Of a DNA stretch of 64,000 nt, positions 57,643 through 64,000 are shown piece by piece. The notes below the pieces were generated by a model, which saw only the letters and a program-made list of their open reading frames with translations, was not told where the DNA came from and ran no database searches. Numbering within the stretch: position 1 is the first letter of the stretch; every line of letters begins with the position of its first letter. The DNA comes from Escherichia phage LHE83: the sequence record OQ561750, one strand, 5' to 3'. The translations under genes were made by a program, and so were the position numbers.

Positions 57643-59166
57643 ATGATTTTAGATATTTTAAACGAAATTGCTGCTATCGATTCCACTAAAGCTAAAGAAG
57701 CCATTATTGCTCGTGAAAAGGACAATGAGCTTCTGAAACGTGTTTATCGTATGGCGTATACCCGTCGTTTGAACTACGGTATTAAAAAGTGGCCAGAACC
57801 TGGATTTACATCTCAATCCTTTGGTATGATTACTCTTGAAGACCTTCTTGATTTCGCTGAATTCACATTAGCCACACGTAAGATTACGGGTAATGCGGCT
57901 ATTGAAGAACTGGCTCAAATCATTGCTGATGCTAAGGCCCCGGATGCCGAGGTATTACGTCGTGTAATGATGCGCGACCTTGAATGTGGTGCATCGATTT
58001 CTATTGCTAACAAGGTTTGGAAAGGTTTAATCCCTGAACAACCGCAGATGTTGGCGAGTTCTTATGATGAAGCTTTGATTAAGAAAAATATTAAATGGCC
58101 AGCGTTTGCTCAATTAAAAGCTGATGGTGCTCGTTGTTTTGCCGAAGTTCGTAACGATGGTGTGACATTCCTTACTCGTGGTGGTAATGAATACCAAGGG
58201 CTTCATCTTTTAGCTGCTGAATTAATGGCGATGACCGAAGAAGCTCGTCAACGTCATCCTAATGGCGTTATGATTGATGGCGAATTAGTTTACCATACTC
58301 CTAAAGTTGAACCTAAAGCATCTAATGATTTGTTTAGTATGTTTGACGAGGAACTTCCTGAATTAAGTAAAGCCAAAGAATTCCAAACTGTCGCCGATCG
58401 TTCTACGTCAAATGGATTGGCTAATAAGGCTCTTCAAGGAACTATCACCCCATCTGAAGCCGCTGGTATGGTATTACAGGCATGGGATTATGTCCCACTG
58501 GATGTCGTGTATTCTGAAGGCAAAATTAAAGGTGATAAGTATGATGTACGCTTTACAGCCTTAGAACTTATGGTGGCTCATAATGTCGTATTGCATGGCA
58601 CAACGCGTGTTGAAGCTATCGAAAACCAGTGGGTTAATAATCTTGAAGAAGCTAAAGTCGTTTATAAGAAATATGTCGACCAAGGTCTGGAAGGTATTAT
58701 CCTTAAGAACATGGACTCCTACTGGGAAAACCGCCGTTCTAAGAATCTTATCAAGTTCAAAGAAGTAATCGATATTGCTTTAGAAGTGGTGGGTTATTAT
58801 GAACACTCGAAGGACCCTAACAAGCTAGGTGGCGTCGAGTTGGTATCACGTTGTCGTCGAATTACAAGCGACTGTGGTTCAGGCTTTAAAGATACCACCC
58901 ATAAGAAAGATAAATCAGGTAAAAAGGTATTGATTCCATTGGAAGACCGTCCTGATTTAGACCGTGAACTTCTTATGAAACAAGCTCGTGAAGGTAAGTT
59001 GATTGGACGTATTGCTGACTGTGAATGTAATGGTTGGGTTCATTCTAAAGGTCGTACTGATACTGTAGGTATTTTCCTTCCAATCATTAAAGGTTGGCGT
59101 TTCGATAAAACAGAAGCTGATACATTTGAAGATGTATTCGGTGATTGGTCTCAAACTGGTCTATAA
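57643..59166 (+). CDS. 30: ATP-dependent DNA ligase gp30
   Basis: 507 aa from ATG 57643 (GAGGTGA SD); adenylation motif KADGARC; colinear with T4 ligase as recalled. Confidence 0.9.
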   Translation: MILDILNEIAAIDSTKAKEAIIAREKDNELLKRVYRMAYTRRLNYGIKKWPEPGFTSQSFGMITLEDLLDFAEFTLATRKITGNAAIEELAQIIADAKAPDAEVLRRVMMRDLECGASISIANKVWKGLIPEQPQMLASSYDEALIKKNIKWPAFAQLKADGARCFAEVRNDGVTFLTRGGNEYQGLHLLAAELMAMTEEARQRHPNGVMIDGELVYHTPKVEPKASNDLFSMFDEELPELSKAKEFQTVADRSTSNGLANKALQGTITPSEAAGMVLQAWDYVPLDVVYSEGKIKGDKYDVRFTALELMVAHNVVLHGTTRVEAIENQWVNNLEEAKVVYKKYVDQGLEGIILKNMDSYWENRRSKNLIKFKEVIDIALEVVGYYEHSKDPNKLGGVELVSRCRRITSDCGSGFKDTTHKKDKSGKKVLIPLEDRPDLDRELLMKQAREGKLIGRIADCECNGWVHSKGRTDTVGIFLPIIKGWRFDKTEADTFEDVFGDWSQTGL

Positions 59167-59167
59167 T

Positions 59168-59350
59168 ATGAAAGCTTATTTAGAAACCGTGGTTATTGGA
59201 TATAAAGAAGGTGGGGATGTCTCCACTGCAGTGTCCCAAATTGTCCTTGAATTTGAAAATGAAATCGCGTTCGCTGATTTTAAAGATAATTTCGACCGCT
59301 ATGAAAAGGGTCCTAAATTTGAAGTGTACCGTACGCTGTTAGTACTTTAA
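59168..59350 (+). CDS. hypothetical protein (60 aa)
   Basis: ATG one nt after ligase stop; no clear SD. Confidence 0.35.
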   Translation: MKAYLETVVIGYKEGGDVSTAVSQIVLEFENEIAFADFKDNFDRYEKGPKFEVYRTLLVL

Positions 59351-59353
59351 TAA

Positions 59354-59370
59354 AGGCCTTCGGGCCTTTT
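59354..59370 (+). terminator. hairpin terminator (AGGCC-UUCG-GGCCU plus U4)
   Basis: GC stem, UUCG loop, T-run; followed by CATAAATA. Confidence 0.55.
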
Positions 59371-59404
59371 CTGGCATAAATAAGGTTATTAAAGAGGAAT
59401 TATT

Positions 59405-61489
59405 ATGACCGAACAATTAAATGAAGTGTTTGAGTCCGAAGGCACACTGCCTACAGTAAACTTGAACCCAAAACTTAAAGTACCCCAGATTTGGAAGATT
59501 GGTGACGCAGAATCCCAATTAGTGGCGCGTATGGTATCCTACGCTTCTGAAGGTGATGCTATTAAACAGGTTAAGATGGGTGATAAATATGCCCACGTTA
59601 TCCTTATGAGCCTTTCAGCTAAAGGTTCGCCTGCCGAACTTAAAGGTGGCCTAGGCCCTACTCCCGTAGATGCGATTAATACTATTTTTGATATGGTTTA
59701 TGACCAAGTTAAAAAGCTTCGTATGGATGCCGTGATGTTCCGTTTCCCTACTAAGAAAATGAAAGGTCAAGGCCCTATCGTTCAACGGATTATCCAACGT
59801 TTGGTAGCACAGAAAACAGGTGGACGTTTTAAAGTAGTTCCGGCTATGTACCAATTTACCGGTAAACATACTTACATCCTGGTAGTTCGTAAACAAGCTG
59901 ATATAGAAGATATCAAAGGTATGCCTGGAATTAATGCTGAATTGTATACTAAGGTAGATTCTGATGTCGGTGAAGTTTATATTTCTAAAAAAGAAGGCGT
60001 GCAGGTTACTAAAGAAACTGCTATCGCCGGTAGTATTGCTAAGGTTGAAGAACGTCGCACTGATAAAATGGTTATAACCAAGACTAAGATTTCTCGACGT
60101 GCTATTGCAGCAAGTCAATCGTTAGAATCTTATCGTAATGAAAGTGAGCTGTTTAAGAAATATGAAGCTACTGCAGTAGATTTTAATAAACCGGCAACAG
60201 TTCCATTAATCCCTGAGGCCCAGGAAATGGTTACTAATAACAATTCTCCTGCGGCTAAAAATAAGGTTGCTAATATAGTGGCTGAAGGCACTGCTGAAGA
60301 ATTGCATTACGATTACAAATTGTTCCCACTTCACGGTATTGGCGAAATCCAAGAGAAAATTAAAGAGAAAATCCTTACGGCCATCAAAAACGAACCTTTG
60401 ACATCTGTTAAAGCCCTAGAAAAATATGCCTCTACTATTAATACCATTTTCGAAGAATACAAAGGCGAGTGGCTGGCTATTCATAACAGAACCCGTAAAG
60501 GCCAACCTGATGACCTTTGGAACGAATTGACAGAGGCCAAGTGGAAAGCGGCCAAGACCAAGTTCATTAAAAAACGCGTGTATAGTTTTGCTGGTGTAGG
60601 TGGCGGTATTATGGTCGATATTACTATTGCTCGTGAGGGTTCTAAATATACTCCATCACAAAAGCGTGGTATCAGAGAATATTGTGGTTCAGGATATACA
60701 GACATAAATAATCTTCTTTTAGGACGTTATAATCCTCAGAACTATGAGGTTATGAGCGAAAAAGATATCGAATCTGCAGTTAATAATTTGGATTCTGCTT
60801 TTGAAAATGGCGACCGTATACCAGAGGGCATCACAGTTTATCGTGCCCAGAGTATGACTGCTCCTATATACGAAGCACTAGTTAAAAATAAAGTGTTTTA
60901 TTTTAGAAATTTTGTATCCACTTCATTGACCCCTATAATTTTCGGACGTTTTGGTGTTACGCACGCTGGTATCGGTCTTTTAGAACCTGAAGTTCGCAAT
61001 GAATTGACAGTCGATAAAAATGAAGAAGGAATAACTATTAATCCTAATGAAATAAGAGCATATAAAGAAAATCCTGATTATGTTAAAGTTCAAATAGGAT
61101 GGGCTATTGATGGGGCCCATAAAGTTAATGTCGTATATCCAGGAAATCTCGGAATAGCAACTGAAGCCGAAGTTATTCTACCGCGTGGATTAATGGTCAA
61201 AGTTAATAAAATAACAGATGCTTCTAATAATGATGGAACAACATCTAGTAATACAAAACTCATTCAAGCTGAAGTTATGACAACAGATGAGCTTCAAGAA
61301 TCTGTGGTATATGATGGTGATGTACTAATGGAAACCGGCGAGTTGGTCGTATATCAAGATGACTTCGATACTTCCGAAAGCCCCTTATCTTTTGATTCAT
61401 TTGTTAAATCTACACGGTTTGATGTACTGCCTCTTTTGGCTTCATGCATAGACCTCTATGACATCCCAGAAAAATTCATCCAAGGGTAA
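59405..61489 (+). CDS. alt: Alt-type ADP-ribosyltransferase, copy 1
   Basis: 694 aa; N-terminal 250 aa colinear with T4 Alt as recalled (VTK..AIA.SIA...R.D..VI.K.KISRRAIA.SQSLES); C-terminal ART elements VYRAQ, FVSTSL, EAEVILPRG. Confidence 0.8.
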   Translation: MTEQLNEVFESEGTLPTVNLNPKLKVPQIWKIGDAESQLVARMVSYASEGDAIKQVKMGDKYAHVILMSLSAKGSPAELKGGLGPTPVDAINTIFDMVYDQVKKLRMDAVMFRFPTKKMKGQGPIVQRIIQRLVAQKTGGRFKVVPAMYQFTGKHTYILVVRKQADIEDIKGMPGINAELYTKVDSDVGEVYISKKEGVQVTKETAIAGSIAKVEERRTDKMVITKTKISRRAIAASQSLESYRNESELFKKYEATAVDFNKPATVPLIPEAQEMVTNNNSPAAKNKVANIVAEGTAEELHYDYKLFPLHGIGEIQEKIKEKILTAIKNEPLTSVKALEKYASTINTIFEEYKGEWLAIHNRTRKGQPDDLWNELTEAKWKAAKTKFIKKRVYSFAGVGGGIMVDITIAREGSKYTPSQKRGIREYCGSGYTDINNLLLGRYNPQNYEVMSEKDIESAVNNLDSAFENGDRIPEGITVYRAQSMTAPIYEALVKNKVFYFRNFVSTSLTPIIFGRFGVTHAGIGLLEPEVRNELTVDKNEEGITINPNEIRAYKENPDYVKVQIGWAIDGAHKVNVVYPGNLGIATEAEVILPRGLMVKVNKITDASNNDGTTSSNTKLIQAEVMTTDELQESVVYDGDVLMETGELVVYQDDFDTSESPLSFDSFVKSTRFDVLPLLASCIDLYDIPEKFIQG

Positions 61490-61492
61490 ATA

Positions 61493-63538
61493 ATGGAAAA
61501 TTTAAATGAGGTTTTTGATAGTGATTCCGCTAAAAACTATCCAGTAACAAATCTTAAACCGGGTTCCGGTATTCCACAGATTTTCTCTATCCAAGCACCA
61601 GGTAATGATAATCTGGTTGCTCGTATGGTATCTTATGCGTCTCAAGGAGACGCTATTAAAATGGTTAAGCCGGGCGACAAATATGTTCATGTTATTTTGA
61701 TGAGTTTGTCTGCTAAGGGTAGCCCAGCCGAGTTGAAAGGTGGGTTAGGTTCTGACCCACTTGGTACGCTGAATACCATTTTTGATACTGTATACGAACA
61801 AGTAAACAAACTTAAAATGGATGCAGTTCTTTTCCGGTTCCCTACCAAGAAAATGAAAGGTAAGGGTCCTACTGTTCAACGTGTATTGGCACGTTTGGCG
61901 ATGGCTCGTACTGGCGGCAAGTTTAAAGTTGTCGATGATATGTATCAATTTACAGGCAAACATACATACGTTTTACTGGTCCGTAAACAAGCTAATATTG
62001 AGGACATAAAAGGTATGCCTGAAATTGATGCAGACCTTTACACTAAGGTTGAGTCTAAAGTTGGTGAGGTTTATGTATCCAAGAAAACAGGCCAATCGGT
62101 AACCAAAATAGAAGCACTATCTGCTAGTATAGCGGCAGTCGAAGAAAAACGTATGGATAAGGCTGTTATTACTACTACCAAGATTTCTAGGCGTGCTGTA
62201 GCCGCAGCCCAGTATTCTCCTCGAGATGAAGTTCCGGAAGGTTGGAATGAGATTGATGCAGAGGCATCAAAATTTAGTGCCCCGGCAACAGCGGAACTTA
62301 TCGATGATTATGAAGAACTAGAAATTTTTATTCAACCTTCTGAAACGAATACTATGGAGCGTATGCGCGCGGCAGATATGGCTATGCGAGCAAACAGTGT
62401 TTGGAAAGAAGAAATTCGAGTCGAAGACTCTGACCCAATTTTTAACCGTATGCATCGTGAACTTAAACGTGCTCCTGTCGGCAGTATGAAGCAGATGCAG
62501 ATTTTTGCCGAATCATGTGCAGAGGTTCTTAACCTTCGCAAAGCTGCATTTATTGAAAGAAAAATGAATGAGGCTCCTCCTAATATGGATGCGGCAGAAT
62601 ATGCAGCAGAGCTTTGGGAACAAGAGTATGCTCAACGTATAAGTGCTGCTGTTACCGACTTTGCTAATGAAGCGTCAGAAAGTGTTATGCATTTTACAGC
62701 CAGTTATAGCGATAATCGATTTGAGTATGAGCAGCGTGAGGCTATTTCTTCTTATTGTGGCCAATATTATACCGATGTTAATAATTATTTGTTGGGTAAT
62801 TATTATGAAGAGGATGCAGAATTTATTGATAGTTATCGTGTAATTGAAGTAATTAATGATATGGATGCAGCATTTGAAATTGGCCATAAATTGCCACCTG
62901 ATATTACACTTTGGCGTGGTCAATATTTAAATGTTAACACTTTTGATAAAATCAAACACTCAAAATTGTTTTATTTCAGGAACTATGTATCAACGTCCCT
63001 TAAGCCGATTATCTTTGGCGGCTGGGTATCAAACGTCGCAATGGCCGCAGTTCATCAGGACTATCGCGCTGGGACATCTTTCCAAGGCGATAATGAAATT
63101 GTTCTTCCAAGTATGCTGACGAGTTCCGAAAATACAATGATGAACATCGGTTGGAAAATTTCCGGTGCAGACTCTATTAACGTAATTGTGCCAGGTAAAT
63201 TGTCAGGTTCTCCAACAGAACAAGAGGTTATTCTTCCACGTGGAACTACTGTTAAGATTACTAAAATTACAGATGCCTCATATAAAGGAAACTACAACAC
63301 CAAATTACTGGAAGCTGATATCCAGACCACAGACCAACTAGCAGAAAATGCAGTTATCTACGATGGTGATGCATTGATGGAAACCGGCGAATTGGTTGTT
63401 TACCAAGGCGTAGAAACAGAGACCGACAACCCTGTGTCTTTTGATTCATTCGTCAAATCGACCAAGGTGGATATAATGCCTATTTTAGCTTCATGTATTA
63501 ATTTTGACGAAACCCCAGAAAAATTCACCCAAGGGTAA
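61493..63538 (+). CDS. Alt-type ADP-ribosyltransferase, copy 2
   Basis: 681 aa; conserved Alt N-terminus; ART elements LWRGQ, YVSTSL, EQEVILPRG; central region diverged from copy 1. Confidence 0.8.
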   Translation: MENLNEVFDSDSAKNYPVTNLKPGSGIPQIFSIQAPGNDNLVARMVSYASQGDAIKMVKPGDKYVHVILMSLSAKGSPAELKGGLGSDPLGTLNTIFDTVYEQVNKLKMDAVLFRFPTKKMKGKGPTVQRVLARLAMARTGGKFKVVDDMYQFTGKHTYVLLVRKQANIEDIKGMPEIDADLYTKVESKVGEVYVSKKTGQSVTKIEALSASIAAVEEKRMDKAVITTTKISRRAVAAAQYSPRDEVPEGWNEIDAEASKFSAPATAELIDDYEELEIFIQPSETNTMERMRAADMAMRANSVWKEEIRVEDSDPIFNRMHRELKRAPVGSMKQMQIFAESCAEVLNLRKAAFIERKMNEAPPNMDAAEYAAELWEQEYAQRISAAVTDFANEASESVMHFTASYSDNRFEYEQREAISSYCGQYYTDVNNYLLGNYYEEDAEFIDSYRVIEVINDMDAAFEIGHKLPPDITLWRGQYLNVNTFDKIKHSKLFYFRNYVSTSLKPIIFGGWVSNVAMAAVHQDYRAGTSFQGDNEIVLPSMLTSSENTMMNIGWKISGADSINVIVPGKLSGSPTEQEVILPRGTTVKITKITDASYKGNYNTKLLEADIQTTDQLAENAVIYDGDALMETGELVVYQGVETETDNPVSFDSFVKSTKVDIMPILASCINFDETPEKFTQG

Positions 63539-63541
63539 ATA

Positions 63542-64000
63542 ATGGAAAATTTAAACGAAGTTTTTGATAAAAGCGATAAAAAAAATTACCCAGTAACAAA
63601 TCTTAAACCTGGCTCAGGCGTACCGCAGATTTTTGCGGTACATGCTCCTGGTAATGACAATTTAGTAGCACGTATGGTATCTTATGCGTCTGAAGGCGAC
63701 GCTATTAAGATGGTTAAAAATGGTGATAAGTACGTCCATGTTATCTTAATGAGTTTATCTGCTAAAGGCGCTCCGGCAGAACTCAAGGGTGGTTTGGGTA
63801 CCGATCCACTCGGTACACTGAACACCATTTTCGATACCATATATGAACAAATAAACAAACTTAAAATGGACGCGGTTTTGTTCCGTTTCCCTACTAAGAA
63901 AATGAAAGGTAAAGGTCCCACCGTTCAGCGCGTATTAGCTCGCTTGGCTATGGCTCGTACCGGTGGTAAGTTTAAAGTTGTTGACGACATGTTCCAATTC
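63542..64000 (+). CDS. Alt-type ADP-ribosyltransferase, copy 3 (3' end outside window)
   Basis: 153 codons open to window end; N-terminus most similar to copy 2; same junction sequence TAAATAATGGAAAATTTAAA. Confidence 0.75.
   Translation, partial: MENLNEVFDKSDKKNYPVTNLKPGSGVPQIFAVHAPGNDNLVARMVSYASEGDAIKMVKNGDKYVHVILMSLSAKGAPAELKGGLGTDPLGTLNTIFDTIYEQINKLKMDAVLFRFPTKKMKGKGPTVQRVLARLAMARTGGKFKVVDDMFQF

Overview
This window reads as a contiguous segment of a T4-type (T-even, Tevenvirinae-like) myovirus genome; assignments rest on recalled T4 protein sequences plus gene order, since no database search could be run. On the + strand it runs from the 3' part of primase gene 61 through 56, soc, mrh/modB/modA/srd-position genes, dda, dexA, a hyperplastic stretch, an unsplit topoisomerase II large subunit (39), rIIA, rIIB, ndd, stp, ac, 52, motA and asiA. 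A converging late block on the - strand encodes holin t and the long tail fibre genes 34-35-36-37-38, with an adhesin-type gp38. The + strand then resumes with rnh, dsbA, 33, 59, 32, frd, td, nrdA, a mobE-like HNH gene, nrdB, denA, rnlA, an alc-position gene, a spanin pair, pseT, cd, 31, rIII, ten small ORFs, DNA ligase 30 and a tandem array of three Alt-type ADP-ribosyltransferase genes, the last cut by the window end. Regulatory structure is dense: more than 20 T4-early-type promoters (GTTTAC, 17-18 bp, TA(C/T)(T/A)AT, often followed by AGACCTATCAAC), many embedded in hairpins whose arms co-vary; TATAAATA late promoters before soc, t, 34 and possibly nrdA and rIII; MotA-box middle promoters before 39, 32 and 31; and many GC-stem/UUCG-tetraloop hairpins. 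No rRNA, tRNA, CRISPR array, integrase or transposase was found. The most noteworthy items are the alt triplication, a NADAR/YbiA-like ORF upstream of ligase, the promoter-hairpin cassettes, the T2-type tail-fibre tip module, and an antisense small membrane ORF between primase and gene 56. I did not find a clearly new multi-gene system; most of the window is T4 backbone, and where I could not recall a T4 sequence the call is by position only.
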